64,000 bases of DNA, taken from Eledone cirrhosa (Eukaryota). The stretch spans positions 220,534,001-220,598,000 of the forward strand of contig OZ024741.1 of NCBI GenBank assembly GCA_964016885.1, given 5' to 3'. Of the stretch, positions 38,695-54,119 are shown in pieces (the stretch's first letter is position 1; every line of letters begins with the position of its first letter). A model generated the notes under the pieces. The model worked only from the letters and a program-made list of their open reading frames with translations. It had not been told where the DNA came from and did no database searches. The translations under genes and the position numbers were made by a program.

Positions 38695-41600
38695 ACACAC
38701 TATACACACTGCTGTCTATACACTCTACACACATACGTAGACACACACACTATACACACTGCTGTCTATACACACTATACACACATCTGCTGTCTATACA
38801 CACTATACACACTGCTGTCTATACACAATATACACACATCTGCTGTCTATACACACTATACATACATCTGCTGTCTATACACACTATACACACTGCTGTC
38901 TATACACACTAAACACACTGGTGTCTATACACACTATACACACTGCTGTCTATACACACTATACACACTGCTGTCTATACACACTATACACACTGCTGTC
39001 TATACACACTATACACACTGGTGTCTATACACACTATACACACTGCTGTCTATACACACTAAACACACTGGTGTCTATACACACTATACACACTGCTGTC
39101 TATACACACTATACACACTGCTGTCTATACACACTATACACACTATACACACTAAACACACTGGTGTCTATACACACTATACACACTGCTGTCTATACAC
39201 ACTATACACACTGGTGTCTATACACACTATACACACTGCTGTCTATACACACTAAACACACTGGTGTCTATACACACTATACACAGATCTGCTGTCTATA
39301 CACACTATACACACTGCTGTCTATACACACTATACACACTGCTGTCTATACATACTATACACACATCTGCTGTCTATACACACTATACACACTGGTGTCT
39401 ATACACACTATACACACTGCTGTCTATACACACTATACACACATCTGCTGTCTATACACACTATACACACTGGTGTCTATACACACTATACACACTGCTG
39501 TCTATACACACTAAACACACTGCTGTCTATACACACTATACACACAGCTGTCTATACACACTATACACACTGCTGTCTATACACACTATACACACTGGTG
39601 TCTATACACACTATACACACTGGTGTCTATACACACTATACACACTGCTGTCTATACACACTAAACACATCTGCTGTCTATACACACTATACACACTGCT
39701 GTCTATACACACTATACACACTGCTGTCTATACACACTATACACACTGGTGTCTATACACACTATACACACTGGTGTCTATACACACTATACACACTGCT
39801 GTCTATACACACTAAACACACTGCTGTCTATACACACTATACACACTGCTGTCTATACACACTATACACACTGCTGTCTATACACACTATACACACTGCT
39901 GTCTATACACACTATACACACATCTGCTGTCTATACACACTATACACACTGCTGTCTATACACACTATACACACTGCTGTCTATACACACTATACACACT
40001 GCTGTCTATACACACTAAACACACTGGTGTTTATACACACTATACACACATCTGCCTATACACACTAAACACACTGGTGTCTATACATACTATACACACT
40101 GCTGTCTATACACACTATACACAGATCTGCTGTCTATACACACTAAACACACTGGTGTCTATACACACTATACACACTGCTGTCTATACACACTATACAC
40201 ACTGGTGTCTATACACACTATACACACTGCTGTCTATACACACTAAACACACTGCTGTCTATACACACTATACACACTGCTGTCTATACACACTATACAC
40301 ACTGCTGTCTATACACACTATACACACCGGTGTCTATACACACTATACTCACTGCTGTCTATACACACTATACACACTGCTGTCTATACACACTATACAC
40401 ACTGCTGTCTATACACACTAAACACATCTGCTGTCTATACACACTATACACACATCTGCTGTCTATACACACTATACACACTGGTGTCTATACACACTAT
40501 ACACACTGCTGTCTATACACACTAAACACACTGCTGTCTATACACACTATACACACTGCTGTCTATACACACTATACACACTGCTGTCTATACACACTAT
40601 ACACACTGGTGTCTATACACACTATACACACTGGTGTCTATACACACTATACACACTGCTGTCTATACACACTAAACACATCTGCTGTCTATACACACTA
40701 TACACACATCTGCTGTCTATACACACTATACACACTGCTGTCTATACACACTATACACACATCTGCCTACACACACTATACACACTGCTGTCTATACACA
40801 CTATACACACTGCTGTCTATACACACTATACACACTGCTGTCTATACACACTATACACACTGCTGTCTATACACACTAAACACACTGCTGTCTATACACA
40901 CTATACACACTGCTGTCTATACACACTATACACACTGCTGTCTATACACACTATACACAGGTCTGCTGTCTATACACACTATACACACTGCTGTCTATAC
41001 ACACTATACACACTGCTGTCTATACACACTATACACACTGCTGTCTATACACACTATACACACTGGTGTCTATATACACTATACACAGATCTGCTGTCTA
41101 TACACACTATACACACTGGTGTCTATACACACTAAACACACTGCCGTCTATACACACTATACACACTGCTGTCTATACACACTATACACACATCTGCAGT
41201 CTATACACACTAAACACACTGCCGTCTATACACACTATACACACTGCTGTCTATACACACTATACACACATCTGCTGTCTATACACACTATACACACTGC
41301 TGTCTATACACACTATACACACTGCTGTCTATACACACTATACACACTGCTGTCTATACACACTATACACACGGCTGTCTATACACACTATACACACTGC
41401 TGTCTATACACACTATACACACATCTGCTGTCTATACATACTATACACACTGCTGTCTATACACACTATACACACTGCTGTCTATACACACTATACACAC
41501 TGCTGTCTATACACACTATACACACATCTGCTGTCTATACACACTGGTGTCTATACACACTATACACACTGCTGTCTATACACACTAAACACACTGCTGT

Positions 41601-44600
41601 CTATACACACTATACACACTGCTGTCTATACACACTATACACACTGCTGTCTATACACACTATACACACTGGTGTCTATACACACTATACACACTGGTGT
41701 CTATACACACTATACACACTGCTGTCTATACACACTAAACACATCTGCTGTCTATACACACTATACACACATCTGCTGTCTATACACACTATACACACTG
41801 CTGTCTATACACACTATACAGACATCTGCCTACACACACTATACACACTGCTGTCTATACACACTATACACACTGCTGTCTATACACACTATACACACTG
41901 CTGTCTATACACACTATACACACTGCTGTCTATACACACTAAACACACTGCTGTCTATACACACTATACACACTGCTGTCTATACACACTATACACACTG
42001 CTGTCTATACACACTATACACAGGTCTGCTGTCTATACACACTATACACACTGCTGTCTATACACACTATACACACTGCTGTCTATACACACTATACACA
42101 CTGCTGTCTATACACACTATACACACTGGTGTCTATACACACTATACACAGATCTGCTGTCTATACACACTATACACACTGGTGTCTATACACACTAAAC
42201 ACACTGCCGTCTATACACACTATACACACTGCTGTCTATACACACTATACACACATCTGCAGTCTATACACACTAAACACACTGCCGTCTATACACACTA
42301 TACACACTGCTGTCTATACACACTATACACACATCTGCTGTCTATACACACTATACACACTGCTGTCTATACACACTATACACACTGCTGTCTATACACA
42401 CTATACACACTGCTGTCTATACACACTATACACACTGCTGTCTATACACACTATACACACTGCTGTCTATACACACTATACACACATCTGCTGTCTATAC
42501 ATACTATACACACTGCTGTCTATACACACTATACACACTGCTGTCTATACACACTATACACACTGCTGTCTATACACACTATACACACATCTGCTGTCTA
42601 TACACACTATACACACTGCTGTCTATACACACTAAACACACTGCCGTCTATACACACTATACACACTAAACACACTGCTGTCTATATACACTATACACAC
42701 TGCTGTCTATACACACTATACACACTGCTGTCTATACACACTATACACACTGCTGTCTATACACACTATACACACTGGTGTCTATACACACTATACACAC
42801 ATCTGCTGTCTATACACACTATACACACTGCTGTCTATACACACTATACACACTGCTGTCTATACACACTAAACACACTGCTGTCTATACACACTATACA
42901 CACATCTGCCTATACACACTAAACACACTGGTGTCTATACACAATATACACACTGCTGTCTATACACACTATACACACTGCTGTCTATACACACTATACA
43001 CACTGCTGTCTATACACGCTATACACACTGCTGTCTATACACACTATACACACATCTGCTGTCTATACACACAAAACACACTGCCGTCTATACACACTAT
43101 ACAAACTGCTGTCTATACAAACTATACACACTGGTGTCTATACACACTAAACACACTGCTGTCTATACACACTATACACACTGCTCTCTATACACACTAA
43201 ACACACTGCTGTCTATACACACTATACACACTACTCTCTATACACACTAAACACACTGCTGTCTATACACACTATACACACTGCTGTCTATACACACTAA
43301 ACACACTGCCGTCTATACACACTATACACACTGCTGTCTATACACACATCTGCCTATACACACTATACACACTGCTCTCTATACACACTAAACACACTGC
43401 TGTCTATACACACGATACACACTAAACACACTGGTGTCTATACACACTATACACACTGCTGTCTATACACACTATACACACATCTGTTGTCTATACACGC
43501 TAAACACACTGCTGTCTATACACACTATACACACTGCTGTCTATACACACAAAACACACTGCTCTCTATACACACTATACACACTGCTGTCTATACACAC
43601 TATACACACTGCCGTCTATACACACTATACACACTGCCGTCTATACACACTATACACACTGCTGTCTATACACACTATACACACATCTGCTGTCTATACA
43701 CACTATACACACTGCTGTCTATACACACTATACACACTGCTGTCTATACACACTATACACACTGCTGTCTATACACACTAAACACACTGGTGTCTATACA
43801 CACTATACACACTGCTGTCTATACACACTAAACACACTGCTCTCTATACACACTAAACACACTGCTGTCTATACACACTATACACACTAAACACACTGGT
43901 GTCTATACACACTATACACACATCTGCCTATACACACTATACACACTGCTCTCTATACACACTAAACACACTGCTGTCTATACACACTATACACACTAAA
44001 CACACTGGTGTCTATACACACTATACACACTGCTGTCTATACACACTATACACACATCTGCTGTCTATACACACTATACACACTGCTGTCTATACACACT
44101 ATACACACTGCTGTCTATACACACTATACACACTGCTGTCTATACACACTATACACACATCTGCCTATACACACTATACACACTGCTCTCTATACACACT
44201 AAACACACTGGTGTCTATACACACTATACACACTAAACACACTGGTGTCTATACACACTATACACACTGCTGTCTATACACACTATACACACATCTGCCT
44301 ATACATACTATACACACTGCTCTCTATACACACTAAACACACTGGTGTCTATACACACTATACACACTGCTGTCTATACACACTATACACACTGCTGTCT
44401 ATACACACTATACACACTGCTCTCTATACACACTAAACACACTGGTGTCTATACACACTATACACACTGCTGTCTATACACACTATACACACTGCTCTCT
44501 ATACACACTAAACACACTGGTGTCTCTACACACTATACACACTGCTGTCTATACACACTATACACACTGCTGTCTATACACACTAAACACACTGCTGTCT

Positions 44601-47600
44601 ATACACACTATACACACTGCTGTCTATACACACTAAACACACTGCTCTCTATACACACTAAACACACTGCTGTCTATACACACTATACACACTAAACACA
44701 CTGGTGTCTATACACACTATACACACATCTGCCTATACACACTATACACACTGCTCTCTATACACACTAAACACACTGCTGTCTATACACACTATACACA
44801 CTAAACACACTGGTGTCTATACACACTATACACACTGCTGTCTATACACACTATACACACATCTGCTGTCTATACACACTATACACACTGCTGTCTATAC
44901 ACACTATACACACTGCTGTCTATACACACTATACACACTGCTGTCTATACACACTATACACACATCTGCCTATACACACTATACACACTGCTCTCTATAC
45001 ACACTAAACACACTGGTGTCTATACACACTATACACACTAAACACACTGGTGTCTATACACACTATACACACTGCTGTCTATACACACTATACACACATC
45101 TGCCTATACACACTATACACACTGCTCTCTATACACACTAAACACACTGGTGTCTATACACACTATACACACTGCTGTCTATACACACTATACACACTGC
45201 TGTCTATACACACTATACACACTGCTCTCTATACACACTAAACACACTGGTGTCTATACACACTATACACACTGCTGTCTATACACACTATACACACTGC
45301 TCTCTATACACACTAAACACACTGGTGTCTCTACACACTATACACACTGCTGTCTATACACACTATACACACTGCTGTCTATACACACTAAACACACTGC
45401 TGTCTATACACACTAAACACACTGCTGTCTATACACACTATACACACTGCTGTCTATACACACTATACACACATCTGCTGTCTATACACACTATACACAC
45501 TGCTGTCTATACACACTATACACACATCTGCCTATACACACTATACACACTGCTGTCTATACACACTATACACACATCTGCCTATACACACTATACACAC
45601 TGCTGTCTATACACACTATACATACTGCTCTCTATACACACTAAACACACTGCTGTCTATACACACTAAACACACTGCTGTCTATACACACTAAACACAC
45701 TGCTGTCTATACACACTATACACACTGCTGTCTATACACACTATACACACATCTGCCTATACACACTATACACACTGCTGTCTATACACACTATACACAC
45801 TGCTCTCTATACACACTAAACACACTGCTGTCTATACACACTAAACACACTGCTGTCTATACACACTAAACACACTGCTGTCTATACACACTATACACAC
45901 TGCTGTCTATACACACTATACACACTGCTGTCTATACATACTATACACACATCTGCCTATACACAATATACACACTGCTGTTATACACACTATACACACT
46001 GGTGTCTATACACAGTATACACACTACTGCCTATACACACTATACACACTGCTGTCTATACACACTATACACACATCTGCTGTCTATACACACTAAACAC
46101 ACTTCCGTCTATACACACTATACACACTGCTGTCTATACACACTATACACACATCTGCTGTCTATACACACTATACACACTGCTGTCTATACACACTATA
46201 CACACTGCTGTCTATACACACTATACACACTGCTGTCTATACACACTATACACACTGCTGTCTATACACACTATACACACTGCTGTCTATACACACTATA
46301 CACACTGCTGTCTATACACACTATACACACTGCTGTCTATACACACTATACACACTGCTGTCTATACACACTATACACACATCTGCTGTCTATACATACT
46401 ATACACACTGCTGTCTATACACACTATACACACTGCTGTCTATACACACTATACACACTGCTGTCTATACGCACTATACACACATCTGCTGTCTATACAC
46501 ACTATACACACTGCTGTCTATACACACTAAACACACTGCCGTCTATACACACTATACACACTAAACACACTGCTGTCTATACACACTATACACACTGCTG
46601 TCTATACACACTATACACACTGCTGTCTATACACACTATACACACTGCTGTATATACACACTATACACACTGGTGTCTATACACACTATACACACATCTG
46701 CTGTCTATACACACTATACACACTGCTGTCTATACACACTATACACACATCTGCTGTCTATACACACTAAACACACTGCCGTCTATACACACTATACACA
46801 CTGCTGTCTATACACACTATACACACATCTGCTGTCTATACACACTAAACACACTGGTGTCTATACACACTATACACACATCTGCTGTCTATACACACTA
46901 TACACACTGCTGTCTATACACACTATACACACTGCTGTCTATACACACTAAACACACTGCTGTCTATACACACTATACACACATCTGCCTATACACACTA
47001 AACACACTGGTGTCTATACACACTATACACACTGCTGTCTATACACACTATACACACTGCTGTCTATACACACTATACACACTGCTGTCTATACACACTA
47101 TACACACTGCTGTCTATACACACTATACACACATCTGCTGTCTATACACACAAAACACACTGCCGTCTATACACACTATACACACTGCTGTCTATACACA
47201 CTATACACACTGGTGTCTATACACACTAAACACACTGCTGTCTATACACACTATACACACTGCTCTCTATACACACTAAACACACTGCTGTCTATACACA
47301 CTATACACACTGCTGTCTATACACACTAAACACACTGCCGTCTATACACACTATACACACTGCTGTCTATACACACTATACACACGTCTGCCTATACACA
47401 CTATACACACTGCTCTCTATACACACTAAACACACTGCTGTCTATACACACTATACACACTAAACACACTGGTGTCTATACACACTATACACACTGCTGT
47501 CTATACACACTATACACACATCTGTTGTCTATACACGCTAAACACACTGCTGTCTATACACACTATACACACTGCTGTCTATACACACAAAACACACTGC

Positions 47601-49376
47601 TCTCTATACACACTATACACACTGCTGTCTATACACACTATACACACTGCCGTCTATACACACTATACACACTGCCGTCTATACACACTATACACACTGC
47701 TGTCTATACACACTATACACACATCTGCTGTCTATACACACTATACACACTGCTGTCTATACACACTATACACACTGCTGTCTATACACACTATACACAC
47801 TGCTGTCTATACACACTAAACACACTGGTGTCTATACACACTATACACACTGCTGTCTATACACACTATACACACTGCTCTCTATACACACTAAACACAC
47901 TGATGTCTATACACACTATACACACTAAACACACTGGTGTCTATACACACTATACACACATCTGCCTATACACACTATACACACTGCTCTCTATACACAC
48001 TAAACACACTGCTGTCTATACACACTATACACACTAAACACACTGGTGTCTATACACACTGGTGTCTATACACACTATACATACTGCTGTCTATACACAC
48101 TATACACACATCTGCTGTCTATACACACTATACACACTGCTGTCTATACACACTATACACACTGCTGTCTATACACACTATACACACTGCTGTCTATACA
48201 CACTATACACACATCTGCCTATACACACTATACACACTGCTCTCTATACACACTAAACACACTGGTGTCTATACACACTATACACACTAAACACACTGGT
48301 GTCTATACACACTATACACACTGCTGTCTATACACACTATACACACATCTGCCTATACACACTATACACACTGCTCTCTATACACACTAAACACACTGGT
48401 GTCTATACACACTATACACACTGCTGTCTATACACACTATACACACTGCTGTCTATACACACTATACACACTGCTCTCTATACACACTAAACACACTGGT
48501 GTCTATACACACTATACACACTGCTGTCTATACACACTATACACACTGCTCTCTATACACACTAAACACACTGGTGTCTATACACACTATACACACTGCT
48601 GTCTATACACACTATACACACTGCTGTCTATACACACTAAACACACTGCTGTCTATACACACTAAACACACTGCTGTCTATACACACTATACACACTGCT
48701 GTCTATACACACTATACACACATCTGCTGTCTATACACACTATACACACTGCTGTCTATACACACTATACACACATCTGCCTATACACACTATACACACT
48801 GCTGTCTATACACACTATACACACATCTGCCTATACACACTATACACACTGCTGTCTATACACACTATACACACTGCTCTCTATACACACTAAACACACT
48901 GCTGTCTATACACACTAAACACACTGCTGTCTATACACACTAAACACACTGCTGTCTATACACACTATACACACTGCTGTCTATACACACTATACACACA
49001 TCTGCCTATACACACTATACACACTGCTGTCTATACACACTATACACACTGCTCTCTATACACACTAAACACACTGCTGTCTATACACACTAAACACACT
49101 GCTGTCTATACACACTAAACACACTGCTGTCTATACACACTATACACACTGCTGTCTATACACACTATACACACTGCTGTCTATACACACTATACACACA
49201 TCTGCCTATACACACTATACACACTGCTGTCTATACACACTATACACACTGGTGTCTATACACAGTATACACACTACTGCCTATACACACTATACACACT
49301 GGTGTCTATACACAGTATACACACTACTGCCTATACACACTATACACACTGCTGTCTATACACACTATACACACTA
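38695..49376. repeat. 25-bp satellite array (~10.7 kb)
   Basis: Unit tctatacacactatacacactgctg with recurrent variants (taaac, ctggtg, catctg). Confidence 0.98.
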
Positions 49377-49499
49377 CCCACATACCGGTGCACTCAACCA
49401 AATTCACACTTATGATCGTTATATACATTAGGTTCTAACATAAATATTCATATTTCAGGTGTAAATGTGAGTGCAGGGACGCGCGCATGTGTGTGTGTG

Positions 49500-49553
<54 letters not shown>

Positions 49554-49845
49554 TGAGTTTATGTCTGTATGTGTTTGTGTGTGTTTGAAGTTGAGTGTAT
49601 GTCTGTATGCGTTTGTGTATGCCTATGTATGTATGTTTGTGAATGTGCGCGTGTATATATATATGTGTGTGTGTGTGTGTATGTGAGGTTGTGTGTATGT
49701 CTGTATGTGTTTGTGTATGCCTATGCATGTGTGTATGTCTGTGAGTGCCTATGTATGTGTTTATGTTTGTGAATGTGCGCGTGTCTGTGTGCGTGTGTCT
49801 GTGTATGTTTGTGAAGATTTCTGTGTGTGCGTGCGGGTTTAAAGC

Positions 49846-49876
<31 letters not shown>

Positions 49877-49962
49877 GAAGAGGTATAGAAAGGGGGGGAG
49901 TAGAATGAATGTATGAGATAGAAAGAGGAAGTTGTTAGAGTAAATGTAGATGTAAGTATAGA

Positions 49963-50092
49963 GAAATGGCCGCATGGTTCAACAGTTTCTCTCGCAAATA
50001 TAGGTTTTCTGGTTCAATACCGGATGAGGCTGAACACACCATCATGTCAACTTAGTACTTAGATAGGGGACTACTTGGGGAACCTAGGTGAT
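49963..50092 (+). mobile_element. tRNA-head / 5S-rRNA-derived chimeric SINE-like element
   Basis: tggccgcatggt A box, ggttcaatacc B box, then gctgaacacacc and ttagtacttagatagggg...gaacctaggtg resembling the 5S 5' and 3' segments. Confidence 0.65.
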
Positions 50093-51175
50093 TTAAGGAG
50101 CCTCATGTCTATTCCATCCTATCAGACGAGACCTCAAAGCGGGGTGTCTCATTTATGGTGGGTGACCTCTTGGGGGGGCCCTAGGTGATTTAAGGGGCCT
50201 CATGTCTATTCCATCCTATCAGACGAGACCTCAAAGCGGGGTGTCTCATTTATGGTGGGTGACCTCTTGGGGGGACCCTAGGTGATTTAAGGAGCCTCAT
50301 GTTTATTCCATCCTATCAGACGAGACCTCAAAGCGGGGTGTCTCATTTATGGTGGGTGACCTCTTGGGGGGACCCTAGGTGATTTAAGGAGCCTCATGTC
50401 TATTCCATCCTATCAGACGAGATCTCAAAGCGGGGTGTCTCATTTATGGTGGGTGACCTCTTGGGGGGACCCTAGGTGATTTAAGGGGCCTCATGTCTAT
50501 TCCATCCTATCAGACGAGACCTCAAAGCGGGGTGTCTCATTTATGGTGGGTGACCTCTTGGGGGGGCCCTAGGTGATTTAAGGAGCCTCATGTCTATTCC
50601 ATCCTATCAGACGAGACCTCAAAGCGGGGTGTCTCATTTATGGTGGGTGACCTCTTGGGGGACCCTAGGTGATTTAAGGAGCCTCATGTCTATTCCATCC
50701 TATCAGACGAGACCTCAAAGCGGGGTGTCTCATTTATGGTGGGTGACCTCTTGGGGGACCCTAGGTGATTTAAGGAGCCTCATGTCTATTCCATCCTATC
50801 AGACGAGACCTCAAAGCGAGGTGGCTCATTTATGGTGGGTGACTTCTTGGGGGACCCTAGGTGATTTAAGGAGCCTCTTGTGTACCCCATCCTATCAACC
50901 GAGACCAGCTTAACTCTCATTTATGGTGGGTGACTTCTTGGGGGAACCTATGTGATTTAATGAGCCTCTTGTGTACCCCATCCTATCAACCGAGACCAGC
51001 TTAACTCTCATTTATGGTGGGTGACTTCTTGGGGGAACCTAGGTGATTTAAGGAGCCTCTTGTGTACCCCATCCTATCAGCCGAGACCACGACGCGGGAT
51101 GTACCTTAACTCTCATTTATGGTGGGTGACATCTTGAGCAATCTAGGTGCTGTAAACGTTTTGTCTTCTCCATCC
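50084..51175 (+). repeat. ~96-bp tandem repeat (~11-12 units) containing a 5S-3'-end-like segment
   Basis: ctaggtgatttaagg recurs every 91-97 bp; last unit ends ctaggtgctgtaaacgtttt. Confidence 0.92.
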
Positions 51176-51177
51176 TT

Positions 51178-51510
51178 TAAATGAACCTTAAGAGTCACTC
51201 CACCTCGTGGTCCTGGTTGATAGTATGGGTAAGACAAAATGATCCTTGCAGCACCTAGGTTCCCCAAGTCGTCAGCCACCATAAATGAAACTTGGAGCAC
51301 ACTCCGCCTCGTGGTCCTGGCCGGTAGGATGGAGTAGAGTAGTAGACAAAAGGATATTTACAGCACCTAGTTCCCCAAGTGGTCACCCATCTAAATACTA
51401 ATTTGGCTTGATGGTGTTTTCAGCCTGATACGATATTGAACCTGGAAATATTTGTGAGAGGAACTTCTGACACATTCGACCGTTTCTCTATACTTACATC
51501 CACATTTACC
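51178..51510 (-). mobile_element. Inverted second copy of the tRNA/5S chimeric element with ~2 tail units
   Basis: Reverse complement: ggttcaatatcgtatcaggctgaaaacaccatcaagccaaattagtatttagatgggtgaccacttggggaactaggtgctgta. Confidence 0.7.
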
Positions 51511-51603
51511 CAAACTTACAGCCGTTTCTCTATATAACAAAATGTAAGTAGTAGATGTGTAGATTCTTGTTAGTTCGTTATAGTAAATAAATGAAGCTCA
51601 AAG

Positions 51604-52152
51604 GTATATCTAGGACTACATTATCTAATGTACAGTATAGTAGTTGGTTTTGGTGGTTATCAGACATAGTGTATCTAGGACTACATTATCTAATGTACAG
51701 TATAGTAGTTCGTATTGGTGGTTATCAGACATAGTATATCTAGGACTACATTATCTAATGTACAGTACAGTAGTTCGTATTGGTGGTTATCAGACATAGT
51801 ATATCTAGGACTACATTATCTAATGTACAATATCGTAGTTAGTATTAGTGGCGATCAGACATAGTGTATCTAGGAATACATTACCAAATGTATAATATAG
51901 TAGATAGTATTAATGGCTATCAGTCATAGTATATCTAAGATTACATTTTCTAATGTATAGTACAGTAGTTAGTTTTAGTGGCTGTCAGACATAGTGTATC
52001 TAGGATTACATTATCTAATGTACAGTATAGTGCATCTGGGACTACATTACCTAATGTAGAGTACAGTAGTTAGTATTAGTAGCTATCAGACAGGGCAACT
52101 AGGAGTACATTACCTAATGTACAGTATAGTATTTAGTTTTAGTGGCTATTAG
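51604..52152. repeat. 65-bp minisatellite, ~8-9 copies
   Basis: ctaggactacattatctaatgtacag at 51610, 51675, 51740, 51805 and onward. Confidence 0.92.
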
Positions 52153-52221
52153 ATATGCGTTTCCTTCGTCATCCTCTTGTTGACTGAGACCTCGAAATGA
52201 ACTGACCCTTAAGTTTCTATT

Positions 52222-52905
52222 AGTCGCTGACCACTTGACCATGAAGCAGGTTGTACTGGGTTACATAGTAGAATCCTGATCTGACCATACCATGGTCAGG
52301 TAGGGGAACCGGTTTAGTCACCAACCACTCGCCCATGAAGCAGGTTGTACTGGGCTATATGGTACCAGTAGCAAGTAGAATCTTGATCTGATTATACCAT
52401 GGTCAGGTAGGGGAGCCGGTTTAGTCACCAACCACTCGCCCATGAAGCAGGTTGTACTGGGCTATATGGTACCAGTAGCAAGTAGAATCTTGATCTGATT
52501 ATACCATGGTCAGGTAGGGGAGCCGGTTTAGTCACCAACCACTCGCCCATGAAGCAGGTTGTACTGGGCTATATGGTACCAGTAGCAAGTAGAATCCTGA
52601 TCTGACCATACCATGGTCAGGTAGGGGAGCCGGTTTAGTCACCAACCACTCGCCCATGAAGCAGGTTGTACTGGGCTATATGGTACCAGTAGCAAGTAGA
52701 ATCCTGATCTGATTATACCATGGTCAGGTAGGGGAGCCGGTTTAGTCACCAACCACTCGCCCATGAAGCAGGTTGTACTGGGCTATATGGTACCAGTAGC
52801 AAGTAGAATCCTGATCTGATTATACCATGGTCAGGTGGGGGAGCTGGTTTAGTCACCGACCACTCGATCATAAAGCAGGTTGTACTGCGTTACATGTTAT
52901 CAGTA
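52222..52905. repeat. 107-bp tandem repeat, ~6.5 copies
   Basis: catgaagcaggttgtactggg at 52334, 52441, 52548, 52655, 52762. Confidence 0.95.
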
Positions 52906-53107
52906 ACCTGACCTGCCATCTCGGACAAGTGTTATTTACTATAGACTAGGGTCGATATAAGCCTTATTTATTTATATGTATGGATGTAATTGTGTATGTG
53001 AATGTGTATAAATATGTGTGATTGTGTGTAATGCGTTATGTATGTGAGTATGTATGTATGTATCTATGTATGCATGTAGCGTGTAAGTATATATGTACGT
53101 AATATAA

Positions 53108-53290
53108 TTATTTCTACTTTAGGCACAATGCCAGCAGTTTTGAGGGAGGGGAATGTCGATTAAATCAACCTCAGTGTGTTACTGGTATTTTATTTTACGA
53201 CCCCGTGAGGATGAAAGGCAAATCAAAGCTCGGGGAGAGTGAACTCAGAACGTAAAGGGCCGGAACACTATGCCACAAAGCATGTTACCC
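53108..53290 (-). mobile_element. Nin/Deu-like SINE
   Basis: tttctactttaggcacaa...cgaccccgtgaggatgaaaggcaaa...gaactcagaacgt. Confidence 0.7.
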
Positions 53291-53439
53291 GATGCTCCAC
53301 TTAAACAGCATAACAAACCATAGCTATAATTTGAAAGAAATAGAGAGAAAGTGACGTCTGAACGAGTATCCTCCACCTTCAACTAACTTACCCTCTGCCT
53401 TAGGGTCCTGGCCGACAGAATGGAGAGTAAAATGCTCCG

Positions 53440-53640
53440 GGAGCCACGCACTGGAAGAACCGCTCCACCTAGCGGGCTCACACCTGCGGGCCGCTAGCTC
53501 CACTCCATATTAGGGAGTAAGGATGCGGTCTGGGTCCAAGAACGCTGGAAGTCTCCACTGCTACAGGATCTACCACAAACCTATGAGAGAGTGGCCGATA
53601 CTTGGACAGTTTTCCCTCTTGGGCCTGGCAGACAGCAAAA
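53440..53640 (-). pseudogene. RLE-domain C-terminal relic of a CRE/R2-group non-LTR element
   Basis: EGKLSKYRPLSHRFVVDPVAVETSSVLGP resembles the K..KY..L...F.P.AVET.G..G motif. Confidence 0.45.
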
Positions 53641-53921
53641 CCTAGTCTGGTAGTCAAACACACCAGGTTGCCAATATTGTTAGTTTAACGTTTGACACTC
53701 CAAAGATAGACGCTACCATTGACAGTTGCAAACGCGGCCCCGTAACTCCTGATGGAGTCGTAGGGGCGCCATATTGAGATACGGCGTTTCTAGGGCATTT
53801 TTTCAACCTGACAGAACCCATCTCCTCTCCAGGTCTGAATACAGCAGACTTTTTCCAAAGACGGATATAGAGAGAGAAAATGGAAATTAATACTTGATTG
53901 GTACTATATTATCGACCTTAA

Positions 53922-54119
53922 CCCTTTAGCATTTACATTACTCTATATTTACTATTGTATTTTCACAGTAAAGCTTTTATCTCACATAATTTCGAATCTC
54001 TGAGAGTTTGATATTATTTATTTTGAGAATAATACCTTAACATCAGTATAAGTGGCCGATTACAGGTGGTTTTAACAAAAAGGAGTGAGATAATTATGGC
54101 CGGGATAAAGGCTAAAGGG
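53922..54119. mobile_element. piggyBac-type MITE inserted into a SINE
   Basis: TTAA-ccctttagc ... gctaaaggg-TTAA; removal rejoins the SINE (atcgacc-ttaa-agggatggaaagcaaag). Confidence 0.85.

Noticed and set aside
38921-48918. His/Thr/Cys-rich ORFs up to 622 aa
   Set aside because: Translations of the 25-bp satellite
49963-51450. Functional tRNA or 5S rRNA genes
   Set aside because: No complete cloverleaf; the 5S-like part lacks its central region, so treated as SINE-like derivatives
50084-52905. CRISPR-like appearance of the 96, 65 and 107-bp arrays
   Set aside because: Whole units repeat with no unique spacers, no cas genes, eukaryotic context
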